Part shown: piece after piece, positions 29,615-40,414 of the stretch | Numbering within the stretch: the first letter of the stretch is position 1 | Layout: the number at the start of each line of letters is the position of its first letter | Assembly (NCBI GenBank): GCA_964434565.1 | Contig: CAYSVQ010000070.1 | Location: 16,980 to 80,979 of the forward strand | Origin: an uncultured Flavobacteriaceae bacterium | Lineage (GTDB): Bacteria; Bacteroidota; Bacteroidia; Flavobacteriales; Flavobacteriaceae | Direction of reading: 5' to 3' | Length of the DNA stretch: 64,000 bases | Notes under the pieces: model-generated | What the model saw: only the letters and a program-made list of their open reading frames with translations | Database searches by the model: none | What the model was told of the DNA's origin: nothing | Translations under genes and position numbers: made by a program

Positions 29615-29878
29615 TTATTGATTTTCAGACTTCTTGGGCTTCTTTCCCTGCATTTTCCTCAAATTTTCTTCAGTTAACATATAATCGTGAACATTTTTAC
29701 CTTTGCTCTCGATAATCAGGAACATGGGCATTGCCAGCAGAAAAAGCCCTGCCGTGCCAAAACCGATATATTTATTTGCAGTTAGCGCATCCTCATCTAT
29801 AATGATAAAGCCGTATACTATCCCGGCCAGCGATGCCAGAACTATCAGGACAATCAGGTATTTAAACAGTCGTCGCAT
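29615..29878 (-). CDS. Small membrane protein, function unknown
   Basis: 87 aa with two hydrophobic spans and a basic tail. Its start lies 1 nt after the ClC gene stop, so it is probably co-transcribed. Confidence 0.6.
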   Translation of the reverse strand: MRRLFKYLIVLIVLASLAGIVYGFIIIDEDALTANKYIGFGTAGLFLLAMPMFLIIESKGKNVHDYMLTEENLRKMQGKKPKKSENQ

Positions 29879-29879
29879 A

Positions 29880-31664
29880 TTATTTTGTGAAGTTAATCAA
29901 CTTTCTCCTGTATGCCGTTAGCAACTTCGATTTGGAGACAAAGCCGTGGTACTTCCCATCCTTTATAACCGGGAGGTTCCAGGCCCCGCTGTCCTGGAAT
30001 TTCTGCATAACCTGCTGCATACTGTCGCTGTCGTAGAAAATATATTCCGGGGCCCTGTGCATTAAGGACTCCACCAGCACCTTGTCGTACATACTGGTGT
30101 CGAACATAAACTCCCGGATATCGTCGAGTAGTACAATTCCCTTAAGCACCCCATCATTGTCTGTCACCGGAAAAAGGTTACGGGTAGATTTCGCCACACA
30201 GTCGTGCAGCATTTGGCCCAGGGTCATCTGCTGGTGTACGGGTTTAAAGTCCTTTTCGATTACATCATCAAGCTGCATCAGGGTCAGGACCGCCTCATCC
30301 TTATTATGGGTAAGCAGGGCGCCTTTTTCAGCCAGTTCGCGCGTATACACCGAGTAATCCATGGCATTCCGGGTGATCAGGTAGGAGATGGCGGCGGTGA
30401 TCATAAGGGGGACAAAAAGTTCATACCCTCCGGTAAGTTCTGCAATAAGGAAAATAGCCGTCAGGGGCGCATGGATTACACCTGCAATAAGCCCGGCCAT
30501 GCCTATAAGGGTAAAATTACTTTCACTCACCGAGAAACCAAAGCCAAGGTTGTTGATCACCTTGGCCACCACATTGCCCAGGGCACTGCCCATAACCATG
30601 GTAGGGATAAAGATACCCCCTCCGCCCCCGGCGGCGAAGGTGGTGGTCATTGCCACGGCCTTGAAGATGGTGATCCCGAAAAGCAGGGAGATCACCACCC
30701 AGATATTTCCGGTATAGGCATCAAAGGGGGTAGTACCCAGGGCCTTGATATGGTTCCCGTCGAGCAGGTCATTGATAAATCCGAACCCCTCCCCGTAGAG
30801 GGGTGGGATAAAATACAGCATGACCCCTATGGCAAGCCCGCCCACGAGCAATTTGTATTTGGGACTACGGAAGCGTCTGAAGAACTTCAGGATCGCGAAG
30901 TACATATGGGTGAAATAAATGGAGGCAAAGGCTGTACTCACCCCGAGGACAATATAAAACAGGGTATGCTGTACCTCAAATTTCTCAGTAATGGCGAAGC
31001 TGAAGAGGGTCTCGTCTCCCAGGAAAAAATAGGAGGTAAGCACCCCGGAGATCGAGGCGAGCAAGAGGGGCAGCATTGAGATCATCGTTAGATCCAGGCT
31101 GAATACCTCCACGGCAAAGATAATGGCGGCAATCGGCGACTGGAAGATAGAGGCAATGGCCCCGGCTGAGGCACAGGCTATCAGCAGGGATCTTGTTTTG
31201 GCATTGATGTGAAGCAGCCGGCCGAAATTGGAGCTGATTGCCGAACCTGCTTCCACTGCCGGGGTCAATAACCCAACGGAACCACCGAAACCAACTGTAA
31301 GGGGTGCGACCAGCAGGGGGGTGTAGATTTTCTTTAAGGCAATGACCCCTTTTTTCTTTGATAATGCAAAGAGGATGGATGAGATCCCGGGCTCCAGCTT
31401 TTCCCGGTGCACATATTTCACATAGAGGAATACCAGCGTTAACCCCATAACGGGGAGAATAAAATACAACTGGTTGCTGGAGGAAATAACACCCCTTTCG
31501 AGGACGGATTCTATAAAGTAGGTAAAGTTCTTCAGGGTAACCGCTGCAAGGCCTGCAAGGAACCCTACCACTACGCTCATGAGATGCGTAAAGGTTTTAC
31601 TGGAGATATTGCGATACCTCCATTTCAGGAAACGGGTTAAAAGCGAATTGCTTTTGCTGGGCAT
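29880..31664 (-). CDS. ClC-family chloride channel/antiporter with C-terminal CBS pair
   Basis: 594 aa with the motifs GSVGLLTP (GSGIP-like), GIFIP and GVIHAPLT, followed by two CBS-like repeats. Confidence 0.88.
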   Translation of the reverse strand: MPSKSNSLLTRFLKWRYRNISSKTFTHLMSVVVGFLAGLAAVTLKNFTYFIESVLERGVISSSNQLYFILPVMGLTLVFLYVKYVHREKLEPGISSILFALSKKKGVIALKKIYTPLLVAPLTVGFGGSVGLLTPAVEAGSAISSNFGRLLHINAKTRSLLIACASAGAIASIFQSPIAAIIFAVEVFSLDLTMISMLPLLLASISGVLTSYFFLGDETLFSFAITEKFEVQHTLFYIVLGVSTAFASIYFTHMYFAILKFFRRFRSPKYKLLVGGLAIGVMLYFIPPLYGEGFGFINDLLDGNHIKALGTTPFDAYTGNIWVVISLLFGITIFKAVAMTTTFAAGGGGGIFIPTMVMGSALGNVVAKVINNLGFGFSVSESNFTLIGMAGLIAGVIHAPLTAIFLIAELTGGYELFVPLMITAAISYLITRNAMDYSVYTRELAEKGALLTHNKDEAVLTLMQLDDVIEKDFKPVHQQMTLGQMLHDCVAKSTRNLFPVTDNDGVLKGIVLLDDIREFMFDTSMYDKVLVESLMHRAPEYIFYDSDSMQQVMQKFQDSGAWNLPVIKDGKYHGFVSKSKLLTAYRRKLINFTK

Positions 31665-31727
31665 TGCTGGGCTATTCGAATAAAGGTATTAAAAAATGGA
31701 ACCTCTTGTTTAACCGGGGGCATGTAC

Positions 31728-33476
31728 TTAGAGGTCCAACTTTAAATGCAGCTCCTGTAACTGTTCCTGATCTATAGGTGCCGGGGCATCTATCATGACA
31801 TCCCTGCCACTGTTGTTTTTAGGAAAAGCGATAAAATCGCGAATGGTTTCCTGTCCTCCGAGAATTGCCACCAGCCTGTCGAGGCCGAAAGCGATGCCCC
31901 CGTGGGGCGGGGCGCCGTACTGAAACGCGTCCATAAGAAAACCAAACCTCGCCTTTGCCTCTTCCGGGGAGAAGCCCAGGTGCCTGAACATGGTGGCCTG
32001 GGTTTCCTTATCATGGATTCTGATAGATCCGCCCCCTATTTCATTACCGTTCAGGACAAGGTCATAGGCATTGGCACGTACCGCACCGGGATCCGTTTCC
32101 AGCAATTCAAGTTGTCCGGGTTTGGGAGAGGTAAAAGGATGATGCATGGCATGGTAATTCCCGTTTTCCTCATCCAGTTCGAGCAGGGGAAAATCTAACA
32201 CCCAGAGCGGCGCGAACTCATCAGGTTTACGCATGCCGAGGCGGCCGGCCATTTCCATTCGCAACGCACTAAGCCGGGTACGGGTGGCATTCTCATCTCC
32301 CGAAAGGATACAGATAAGATCGCCTGCCACTGCCCCGGTAGCCCTGGCCCAGGACGCCAGCTCTTCCTGCCCGTAAAATTTATCGACCGATGATTTGTAG
32401 CTGCCGTCGGCATTGCATTTAACATACACCAGCCCTTTGGCGCCCACCTGAGGGCGCTTTACCCATTCCACCAGGGCATCCAGTTCCTTGCGCGTAAATT
32501 CCCCCGCTCCGGGTACGGCTATCCCCACTACCAGTTCTGCTGTGTTGAAAACCTCAAAATTCCCCTGCTGTGCCAGCGCATTGAGTTCTGCAAATTCCAT
32601 CCCGAAACGGATGTCTGGCTTGTCGTTCCCGTACCGCTTCATGGCCTCATCGTAGGTCAGCCTTGGAAAAGGACCAGGGTTTACACCCAGGATCTCCTTT
32701 AACAGATGGCTGGTAAGGCCTTCAAATGTCTGGAGGATATCTTCCTGCTGCACAAAGGCCATCTCGCAGTCGATCTGGGTAAATTCGGGTTGGCGGTCGG
32801 CCCGCAGGTCTTCATCCCTGAAACATTTTACAATCTGAAAATATTTGTCGAGCCCTCCTACCATCAGCAATTGTTTAAAAGTCTGTGGGGATTGTGGCAG
32901 GGCATAGAACTGCCCTTCATTCATCCTGCTGGGGACCACAAAATCGCGGGCCCCTTCCGGGGTCGATTTTATAAGGTAAGGAGTCTCCACCTCGATAAAC
33001 CCCTCTGCCGAAAGGTATTTCCTGACCTCCATAGTTACTTTATGCCTGAAGATGAGGTTCTTTTTAATGGGGTTCCTGCGGATATCCAGATAGCGGTATT
33101 TCATCCGCAGGTCTTCGCCCCCGTCTGTGTCGTCTTCAATAGTAAAAGGCGGAACCAGGGACTTGTTTAGAACCGTCAATTGTGTAACCAGCACTTCGAT
33201 TTCCCCTGTCGGTAATTTGGGGTTCCGGGCCGTGCGTTCTATTACCCGGCCTTTTACCTGAATCACGAATTCGCGCCCCAGACTACGGGCATTCTCCAAA
33301 ACGGCGGCATCCGTACGCTCCGCATCAAAAACCAGCTGTGTAACCCCATACCGGTCCCGCAGGTCTACCCAGACTACAAATCCCTTGTCGCGTAAGGTCT
33401 GTACCCAGCCGGAGAGGGTAACTTCTGTTGCAATATGGGAATGGCGTAATTCTCCGCAGTTATGGCTTCTGTACAT
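31728..33476 (-). CDS. aspS: Aspartate--tRNA ligase
   Basis: 582 aa beginning [11 protein letters not shown]. It has class II motifs ([34 protein letters not shown]). Confidence 0.95.
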   Translation of the reverse strand: MYRSHNCGELRHSHIATEVTLSGWVQTLRDKGFVVWVDLRDRYGVTQLVFDAERTDAAVLENARSLGREFVIQVKGRVIERTARNPKLPTGEIEVLVTQLTVLNKSLVPPFTIEDDTDGGEDLRMKYRYLDIRRNPIKKNLIFRHKVTMEVRKYLSAEGFIEVETPYLIKSTPEGARDFVVPSRMNEGQFYALPQSPQTFKQLLMVGGLDKYFQIVKCFRDEDLRADRQPEFTQIDCEMAFVQQEDILQTFEGLTSHLLKEILGVNPGPFPRLTYDEAMKRYGNDKPDIRFGMEFAELNALAQQGNFEVFNTAELVVGIAVPGAGEFTRKELDALVEWVKRPQVGAKGLVYVKCNADGSYKSSVDKFYGQEELASWARATGAVAGDLICILSGDENATRTRLSALRMEMAGRLGMRKPDEFAPLWVLDFPLLELDEENGNYHAMHHPFTSPKPGQLELLETDPGAVRANAYDLVLNGNEIGGGSIRIHDKETQATMFRHLGFSPEEAKARFGFLMDAFQYGAPPHGGIAFGLDRLVAILGGQETIRDFIAFPKNNSGRDVMIDAPAPIDQEQLQELHLKLDL

Positions 33477-33554
33477 GGCATGTTACTTTGTAGCGGCAAA
33501 TGTAAGAAGTATAGCTGTTCCCCGAAAGCCCTGGCGGGCATATTGAAGTATGTA

Positions 33555-33585
33555 ATAAAAAACCCCGCTTTAAAGGCGGGGTCCT
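33555..33585 (-). terminator. Rho-independent terminator of the RND operon
   Basis: On the minus strand the sequence reads GGACCCCGCCTTTAAAGCGGGGTTTTTTATT. Confidence 0.85.
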
Positions 33586-33588
33586 TTA

Positions 33589-36500
33589 CTACAATACAGC
33601 TTCTATCAGTTCGTTTTCTATAGGCTTTTTGGGTTTTTCCCTGCTGCCCCGGATACGCAGTTTTAACCTATAGGTGATAAAAAAGAGTACGGGTACTATG
33701 ATGAGCGTAAGGAAAGTGGCTACAAGCAGCCCGAAAATTACCGTCCAGGCAAGCGGCCCCCAGAAAATCACGTTATCCCCGCCCATGTAAACATTGGCAT
33801 CGAATTGTGAGAAGAGCGAAAAGAAATCGATGTTGAGTCCGATGGCAAGGGGAATCAGGCCCAATACCGTGGTAATCGCGGTGAGGATTACCGGTCGAAG
33901 CCTTGCCTTCCCGCTCCGGATGATGACTTCCCTGACTTCATCCCTGCTCAGCAGGTCGTGGTCTGAAAGATCCAGGCTCACCTTTTTCCTGTCTATCAGG
34001 ATCTGGGTATAGTCCAGGAGCACTACCCCGTTGTTTACCACAATTCCTGCCAGGGAAATGATACCCATCATGGTCATCATGATCACAAAAGACCAGCCGG
34101 TGAGCATAAGCCCTCCGAATACCCCGATAAAACTAAGGAAGATCGCGATCATGATTATCAGCGGTTTGGAGATACCCCCGAACTGGAAAATCAGGATCAG
34201 CATGATAAGCCCGAGGCCGGAGAAAAAGGCCCCAACCAAAAACTGCATCTGCTTGTTTTGTTCTTCCAGCTGCCCGGTATAATCTATCCTGATATCCTGG
34301 GGCAGACCGTTGAAATTTTCCATTTCCTCACGAATCTGGTTCACTATGGCGCCGGCATCGGAAAATCCGGGTTTAAGGCCGGAATAAACCGTAACTACCC
34401 GTTTATTATCTCTGTGTTTGATGGCACTGAATGCCGAAGTGTTCTTTTGGGTTGCCACCGCAGATACAGGGATCTCCCTGATCTGTCCGCTAGCCTGGTC
34501 CCGGAAAATGATATTCTGGTCAAAAAGCGCGTTCTTGTCGTATCGCAGCTCCTCGTTGAACCGCACATTGATGTCGTAATCATCACCGTCTTCCTTATAA
34601 ACCCCGGCCTTCTCCCCAAAGATCGAACGACGGAGCTGGTTGCCTACCTGGCCTGCCGCAACACCTAATTCCCCCGCCTTTTTACGGTCGACCACCACAT
34701 CCATTGATGGTTTACCTTTATTCACGTCTATCTTCAATTCCTCAATCCCGCCGATATTCTTGCTGTTGATGAAATTGCGGATATCCTCTGCGGTAGTGAT
34801 GAGTTCGTCATAATCCGGACCTTCCAGTTCAATATTGATGGGATAACCTGCCGGGGGGCCTGCCGCTTCTTTTTCCACAGACAGGGCCACTCCGGGATAT
34901 ATTCCCTGTAAGCCATCCTGTATTTTCCTTCGCAGTTCTTCCGTATCCCGGCCATCCCTGTACTTATATTCCCTCATGGAAAGGGTAACCTTGCCCCTGT
35001 GGGGCATTTCGGCAGCCGAACCCCCGTCAGTAAAGGGGTTTCCTGCGCCTTCCCCCACCTGCGACACTGCGGTTTCCACCAGGTAATTATGATCCCCCCG
35101 GGTGTAATTGTCGCTATTGGCAATTGCATACACACGTTTTTCAATATCCTGGGTAAGCTCATTGGTTTTTTCGATGGCGGTACCCTGCGGATATTCTATA
35201 TACACATAGATTTCATTAGGGGTATTGTCCGGGAAGAATTCCACCTTTGTACGCCCGCTGCCCAGCGATGCCCCGAAGAGTATAAAGACCACCACCAGCA
35301 ACATGACGGTGCTCCCAAAATACCAATAAACATTATTACGGCGGAGAGCGTGTATCAGCCGTTTCTCATACCAGTTCTCGAAACGCACCATGGTGGTGTT
35401 CTGGAAATTCCGGGCCCATTTCTTCAGGCCATACTTATAGATCCAGAACATGGCAGCGGTAAAGAGCAAAAGGGTACCGAAACCGCGGACCGCTCCCCCC
35501 ACGAGAAAAATAAAGATGCCAAACCCGGCAAGAATGGCGCTGAGGCGGATGAGTTGCTTCCGGCTGAGCTCCTTTTCTCCGACATCCATAAATCGCGACA
35601 CCAGCATGGAATTCATAAAGATGGCCACAAAAAGCGAAGATCCCAGTACCACCGAAAGGGTGATGGGGAAATAGATCATGAACTGACCAAAGATACCGGG
35701 CCAGAGGCCCAGGGGAACAAAGGCCGCAACCGTGGTAAGGGTAGATATTATGATCGGGAAGGCTATTTCCCCGATGCCCTTCTTGGCGGCTTCAATCCGC
35801 GTCATGCCTTCCTGCTCCATCAGACGGTACACATTTTCAACCACCACAATACCATTGTCGACCAGCATGCCCAGCCCCATAATCATCCCGAAAAGGATCA
35901 TGGTATTCAGGGTATAACCAAGTAAGGAGAGAATGGCAAAAGACATGAACATAGACATGGGGATGGCGAACCCAACAAACAAAGCATTGCGGAATCCCAA
36001 AAAGAACATCAGCACCGTAACCACCAGGATGATCCCGAATATGATGTTGTTAACCAGGTCTTCCACCTGGTTGAGGGTACGGCTCGACGAGTCGTTTGCT
36101 ATGGAAATCTCCAGCTCTGCGGGAAAGTAAGTTTCCTTTTTTTCCTTCACAAGTTCTTTAATCTTGTCGGCAGCCGCAATGGCATTTTTGCCTGCACGTT
36201 TCTTAACATCCAGCATCACCACGCTTTTTCCGTATTCCCGGGCGTAGGTGGTTTTGTCTTCCTCCTCAAAGGTCACCACTGCAATATCCTTCAGATAAAC
36301 AGCATTGCCGTCTTCCGATTTTACCACGAAACTCTCCAAATCCGAAGGGTTCTCAATTTCGCCAAGAATGCGGATCGTACGCCTTTGGGTACTGGTTTTA
36401 AGGTTGCCAGCAGACATGGTCATATTGCCGTTTGAGATTGCCGAAATAACATCGTCAAAACTTACCCTGGCAGCCATCATCTTATATATATCTACCGCTA

Positions 36501-37101
36501 CTTCCACTTCTTTTTCCTGGGCGCCGCGAATATCAACCTTTTTCACCTCGGGCAGGTCTTCTATCTCGTCCTGCAGGTATTCTGCGAATTCTTTCAGGCG
36601 GTCTACGGGGTAGTCGCCCGTAAAATTGATGTTCATTATTGGATATTCCTCTGAAAGATTCAGGTCGAATACATTGGGCTCAACTTTGGCATTGTTGAAG
36701 GTGGGCCAGTCTTCACTGGCTTTTTCCGAGTCTACTTCATCCTTTACCTTCTGCTTAGCCTGCTCCACAGTAATTTCCTCGTCAAATTCAACGGTGATTA
36801 TGGCATAATCCTCCTGGGAAGTGGAAGTGATCTCCACCACATTACTTACATCCTTAAGCCGTTCTTCCAGCGGGTCTGTAATGAGCCTTTCTATATCCTC
36901 CGCCGTATTTCCCGGGAAGGGGGTACTTACATAGATCTTGGTTTCCACGATTTCAGGAAAATCCTCCCTGGGAAGTGAAAAATAAGAAGACATCCCTATA
37001 GCCAGGAACAATCCGATCATGACATAAATGACCGAGGGGTTATCTATCGCCCAGGAAGACAGCCTGAATTCCTTATCGGCGTTCTTTTTCTGCTTGCTCA
37101 T
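33589..37101 (-). CDS. RND efflux transporter permease subunit
   Basis: 1170 aa with AcrB-like architecture (12 TM spans, two large periplasmic loops). It is longer than the ~1040 aa typical of AcrB. Confidence 0.9.
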   Translation of the reverse strand: MSKQKKNADKEFRLSSWAIDNPSVIYVMIGLFLAIGMSSYFSLPREDFPEIVETKIYVSTPFPGNTAEDIERLITDPLEERLKDVSNVVEITSTSQEDYAIITVEFDEEITVEQAKQKVKDEVDSEKASEDWPTFNNAKVEPNVFDLNLSEEYPIMNINFTGDYPVDRLKEFAEYLQDEIEDLPEVKKVDIRGAQEKEVEVAVDIYKMMAARVSFDDVISAISNGNMTMSAGNLKTSTQRRTIRILGEIENPSDLESFVVKSEDGNAVYLKDIAVVTFEEEDKTTYAREYGKSVVMLDVKKRAGKNAIAAADKIKELVKEKKETYFPAELEISIANDSSSRTLNQVEDLVNNIIFGIILVVTVLMFFLGFRNALFVGFAIPMSMFMSFAILSLLGYTLNTMILFGMIMGLGMLVDNGIVVVENVYRLMEQEGMTRIEAAKKGIGEIAFPIIISTLTTVAAFVPLGLWPGIFGQFMIYFPITLSVVLGSSLFVAIFMNSMLVSRFMDVGEKELSRKQLIRLSAILAGFGIFIFLVGGAVRGFGTLLLFTAAMFWIYKYGLKKWARNFQNTTMVRFENWYEKRLIHALRRNNVYWYFGSTVMLLVVVFILFGASLGSGRTKVEFFPDNTPNEIYVYIEYPQGTAIEKTNELTQDIEKRVYAIANSDNYTRGDHNYLVETAVSQVGEGAGNPFTDGGSAAEMPHRGKVTLSMREYKYRDGRDTEELRRKIQDGLQGIYPGVALSVEKEAAGPPAGYPINIELEGPDYDELITTAEDIRNFINSKNIGGIEELKIDVNKGKPSMDVVVDRKKAGELGVAAGQVGNQLRRSIFGEKAGVYKEDGDDYDINVRFNEELRYDKNALFDQNIIFRDQASGQIREIPVSAVATQKNTSAFSAIKHRDNKRVVTVYSGLKPGFSDAGAIVNQIREEMENFNGLPQDIRIDYTGQLEEQNKQMQFLVGAFFSGLGLIMLILIFQFGGISKPLIIMIAIFLSFIGVFGGLMLTGWSFVIMMTMMGIISLAGIVVNNGVVLLDYTQILIDRKKVSLDLSDHDLLSRDEVREVIIRSGKARLRPVILTAITTVLGLIPLAIGLNIDFFSLFSQFDANVYMGGDNVIFWGPLAWTVIFGLLVATFLTLIIVPVLFFITYRLKLRIRGSREKPKKPIENELIEAVL

Positions 37102-37107
37102 GAGGAT

Positions 37108-38277
37108 TTATTTTAAAAGTTGAACTTTCTGACCGTCCTTTACGCTCCGCGCACCTTCCCTGATTACAAGCTCCGATGCGCTGAGGCCGGAGAGTACCTC
37201 TACCATAGCACCCTGTGTACGGCCGGTGGTGATAATACTTTTTCTTGCCTCAAAGTAGGATGCCCCGTCGGTATTTTCAGCCACATAAACATATTGCTCC
37301 CCTTCCGCGTTCTCTGAAATAATGCTCTGCGGGATGAGCAGCGCATCCTGGTTGGTATAGTCATTTATTCGCACCCTAGCCGTGAGGTTGGGTTTGATAG
37401 TGCCCCCTTTGTTGGGAACGGGAATTTCTACTGTAAAGGATCGGTTGTTGGGGTTGATAAAATTTCCCGTGTTGCGAACTTTGGTATCAAGGCTGTCGCC
37501 AAGGACAGGGAAAAAGACCTTTACTTCCTTGCCATCACTTACCGAACCCAGGTAGCGTTCGGGAACCTCAACATCTATATACATATCTGAAAGGTTAACT
37601 ATCCTGAAAACCTCGGAACCCGGACCAGGAGAAACCACGGTGCCCTCGTCTTTAATAACGTCGTCTATGATGCCGGTGAAGGGGGCACGGATCGCCGCTT
37701 TTCCCAACTGGCTTTGCAGTTGCTTTACCGCATTCTGCTGGGCCTCGTAGTTGGTTTTGGCCTGGAGGTACTGGATTTCGGATCCTATGTTTTGCTCCCA
37801 CAGGCGCTTTTGCCGTTCGAAGGTGGTTCTCGAGAGCTCTTCCTGGGTACGAAGCTGTTCCAGCTGACTGCTAAGGCCGCCGTCGTCTATTGTTGCAAGC
37901 AGCTGTCCTTTCTGCACTCTTTGGCCGTCCTTCACATACACTTTTTCGAGGGTGCCGGCCATTTCCGGGTAGATAAGTACATTTTGATTGGTCTTTACAT
38001 TCCCCTGCAGTTCCAGATAATGGTTAAAAACCTCCGGGTTTACTTCCAGGGCGGAAACCAGAGGGTAATTCTCATCCGGATCGAGTAATGCGATGGCCGA
38101 ATCGAGTACCCGAACTTGTCCCTCCAGGGATTTTTGCTGCTCCGAGAGTTCATTTTTACGGGCCCTGATAGCCTGAAGATCACCCTGGGCAATAAGGTCA
38201 TCCAGGGATTGCTGATTCCCTCCCCCGCATGACGCCAGGGTTAATATGGCTATGGATAGTACTATTAAATGTTTCAT
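37108..38277 (-). CDS. RND efflux periplasmic adaptor (MFP) lipoprotein
   Basis: The ATG at 38277 gives MKHLIVLSIAILTLASCGG, a lipobox. A coiled-coil hairpin and beta-barrel motifs are present. The track start at 38283 is a TTG. Confidence 0.88.
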   Translation of the reverse strand: MKHLIVLSIAILTLASCGGGNQQSLDDLIAQGDLQAIRARKNELSEQQKSLEGQVRVLDSAIALLDPDENYPLVSALEVNPEVFNHYLELQGNVKTNQNVLIYPEMAGTLEKVYVKDGQRVQKGQLLATIDDGGLSSQLEQLRTQEELSRTTFERQKRLWEQNIGSEIQYLQAKTNYEAQQNAVKQLQSQLGKAAIRAPFTGIIDDVIKDEGTVVSPGPGSEVFRIVNLSDMYIDVEVPERYLGSVSDGKEVKVFFPVLGDSLDTKVRNTGNFINPNNRSFTVEIPVPNKGGTIKPNLTARVRINDYTNQDALLIPQSIISENAEGEQYVYVAENTDGASYFEARKSIITTGRTQGAMVEVLSGLSASELVIREGARSVKDGQKVQLLK

Positions 38278-38302
38278 TATCAATGGGTTGTTGTATAAGT
38301 TG

Positions 38303-39637
38303 TCAATTATTGATGATAGTCTCCAAATAGGTTTTGTTGTTAATTACATCTACCATAGATTGCAGGTATTCCTGCTGTGAGGTATATAACTGTAATTGCG
38401 CCTGCCTTAAATCGAAACTGCTGGCAATCCCTTCAAGGTATTTGGTTTGGTTCTTTTGTTCGATTCTTTCTGCAAGGTCCAGGTTCTGTTTTGTTGTTTC
38501 ATACTGTTCGATGGCAAGCAGGTAATTGCTCTTAGCCTGTTCCAGCTCCAGCTTTATCCGCTCTTCAGTTTCCGTAAGCTGTGTTTTGGCCTTTTCCAGT
38601 GCTATTTTAGCACGTTGAGTGCTCGCGCTGCGTTTGAAGGAGCTAAAAATCGGGATTTCAAGGTCGACCCCCAGTACCGACGAATCAAACCACTCCGGTT
38701 CGCCGCTGAAGAAATCAAAATCGTCACTGAAGGAGGTGCTGCCATAGTTTACGAAGGCATTCAGGGTTGGGAGGGCCCTGCTTTTGGCCAGTTTGAGCTC
38801 AAAGAAACGTTGTTCGTTGAGGTTGAAGGCCAGTTTGTAATCCACATTGTTTTCCACCGTGAAATCCGATTCCAGAAGGGTGGGGTCTATCTGCTGCCGT
38901 GCCAGATCGTCGAGATTCTCAGCAAGCTCGGTAGGATGCTGCAACGATAACCCCATCATGAGGTTCAGCATTTGCAGGGTAATATCCTTAAGCCGAATGG
39001 CATTTTTTAGCTGACTGTCTACGGAAGAAAGGGTAATCTGCAGTTGTTCCACACTTTCCTCTTCGCCCAAACCATTTTCATAGATCTTTTGTGTTTCAAA
39101 AAGATTTTTCTCCAGGGTAGCAAGGTTTTTCCCGAGAATAGAAACTGTTTCCTCTGCAAGGAGGACATTGCCATAGGCTTCAACTACGGACTGGCGTACC
39201 TGTTGCTCCGTTTTTTCCAGGTTGTTACGGCTGTAACTCAGAAAGGCCTTTGTTGCCTGTACCCCTACGATATAGGAGCCATCGAAGATTTGTTGCCTTA
39301 GGGTTGCTGTGGCGTTTGCCTGCTGCGGCTGGCCGAATACTATGGGCTGAAAGGTGCCTGGTTCGCCCCCGAAAAACTCAGCTGGAATAAGGGAAACAGG
39401 TTGTTTCAGCTGGTTCTGGTAGCTGATGCTCCCACTTATTTGTGGCAATCCTTCTGCAATGGTTTCCCATTTTTGCTTCCGTGCATCAATAGTATCGCGT
39501 ATGGCATTAATACTGCTGTAATTGTTTTCAAGGGCATAGGCGATGGCTTCCCCGAGTGTGAAACGGGTGGGCGTTTCCTGAGATAATCCGAAGCCAAGCC
39601 ATAACAAAGAGAGGAGAAGTAAAAGGTTGTTGCGCAT
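38303..39637 (-). CDS. TolC-family outer-membrane efflux protein
   Basis: 444 aa with a signal peptide and duplicated TolC repeats. Confidence 0.88.
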   Translation of the reverse strand: MRNNLLLLLSLLWLGFGLSQETPTRFTLGEAIAYALENNYSSINAIRDTIDARKQKWETIAEGLPQISGSISYQNQLKQPVSLIPAEFFGGEPGTFQPIVFGQPQQANATATLRQQIFDGSYIVGVQATKAFLSYSRNNLEKTEQQVRQSVVEAYGNVLLAEETVSILGKNLATLEKNLFETQKIYENGLGEEESVEQLQITLSSVDSQLKNAIRLKDITLQMLNLMMGLSLQHPTELAENLDDLARQQIDPTLLESDFTVENNVDYKLAFNLNEQRFFELKLAKSRALPTLNAFVNYGSTSFSDDFDFFSGEPEWFDSSVLGVDLEIPIFSSFKRSASTQRAKIALEKAKTQLTETEERIKLELEQAKSNYLLAIEQYETTKQNLDLAERIEQKNQTKYLEGIASSFDLRQAQLQLYTSQQEYLQSMVDVINNKTYLETIINN

Positions 39638-40243
39638 TTATTCGTGATTTGAGTTGATGATTCTGTTTAGTATTTTACGGCCTTCAGGCGTTACTATCCC
39701 CCTAAGGTGATACTCCAGGTAATCGTCCATTAATTTACCGATATGGAAAAGATCCAAAGGGAAGAGCCTTTGGTCCTTTATAATGCTACCCCCGGCAAAA
39801 TAAATGCGGGCTACGAAATCTATATTGAGGTTTTCCCTGTAAATACCAAGTTCTATCCCACGGCGGATATTGTCTGTTACACAGGTTTGCATAACCTTGA
39901 ATTGCTTGGTTTGCAACATAAAGTGGACTTTTGGATAATATTTTTGAAGCTGGTACTGTGGCGCGGCCTTTTCGTTTTTCAAATGCTGCATCACAAATTT
40001 CTTGATCTCGTAAAGTTCCTCGATGGGATTTTTCTTTAAGCTCAGGATTTCATCGATCCCCTCGGAAACTTCTTCAAAAAGGTGGCATACACCCAGTTCT
40101 ACCAACTGGGTCTTATTGTTGAAATGAGTATAGATGGTTTTTTTGGAGATCCCCATTTCATGTGCCAGATCATCCATTGTTACGCTCTTGAACCCGTAGG
40201 TCAGGAACATATCCATTGCCTTGCTAATAATATCTTCTTTCAT
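39638..40243 (-). CDS. TetR/AcrR-family transcriptional regulator
   Basis: The ATG at 40243 gives MKEDIISKAMDMFLTYGFKSVTMDDLAHEMGISKKTIYTHF, a TetR HTH. Its stop abuts the TolC start codon. Confidence 0.88.
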   Translation of the reverse strand: MKEDIISKAMDMFLTYGFKSVTMDDLAHEMGISKKTIYTHFNNKTQLVELGVCHLFEEVSEGIDEILSLKKNPIEELYEIKKFVMQHLKNEKAAPQYQLQKYYPKVHFMLQTKQFKVMQTCVTDNIRRGIELGIYRENLNIDFVARIYFAGGSIIKDQRLFPLDLFHIGKLMDDYLEYHLRGIVTPEGRKILNRIINSNHE

Positions 40244-40414
40244 AATTCGAAGCGCAAAGATATTCCAGGAAACTTTAAGCACAAAAATAGTTTCCAAAGT
40301 TTTACAATTTTTTAACATTGATGAAGGACCTGGTGGTTGTATGGCAAGGCAAAATCCAAACCCCGGGTTTTTCACTGTGGCGAATTAGTGTATTTTTGGG
40401 GAAAAACCAGGCGC

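Noticed and set aside
33589-37101. The unusually long (1170-aa) RND permease as a novel fusion
   Set aside because: The extra length appears spread through the periplasmic loops and linker rather than forming a distinct added domain. Long RND permeases of this size are common in Bacteroidota as far as I recall.
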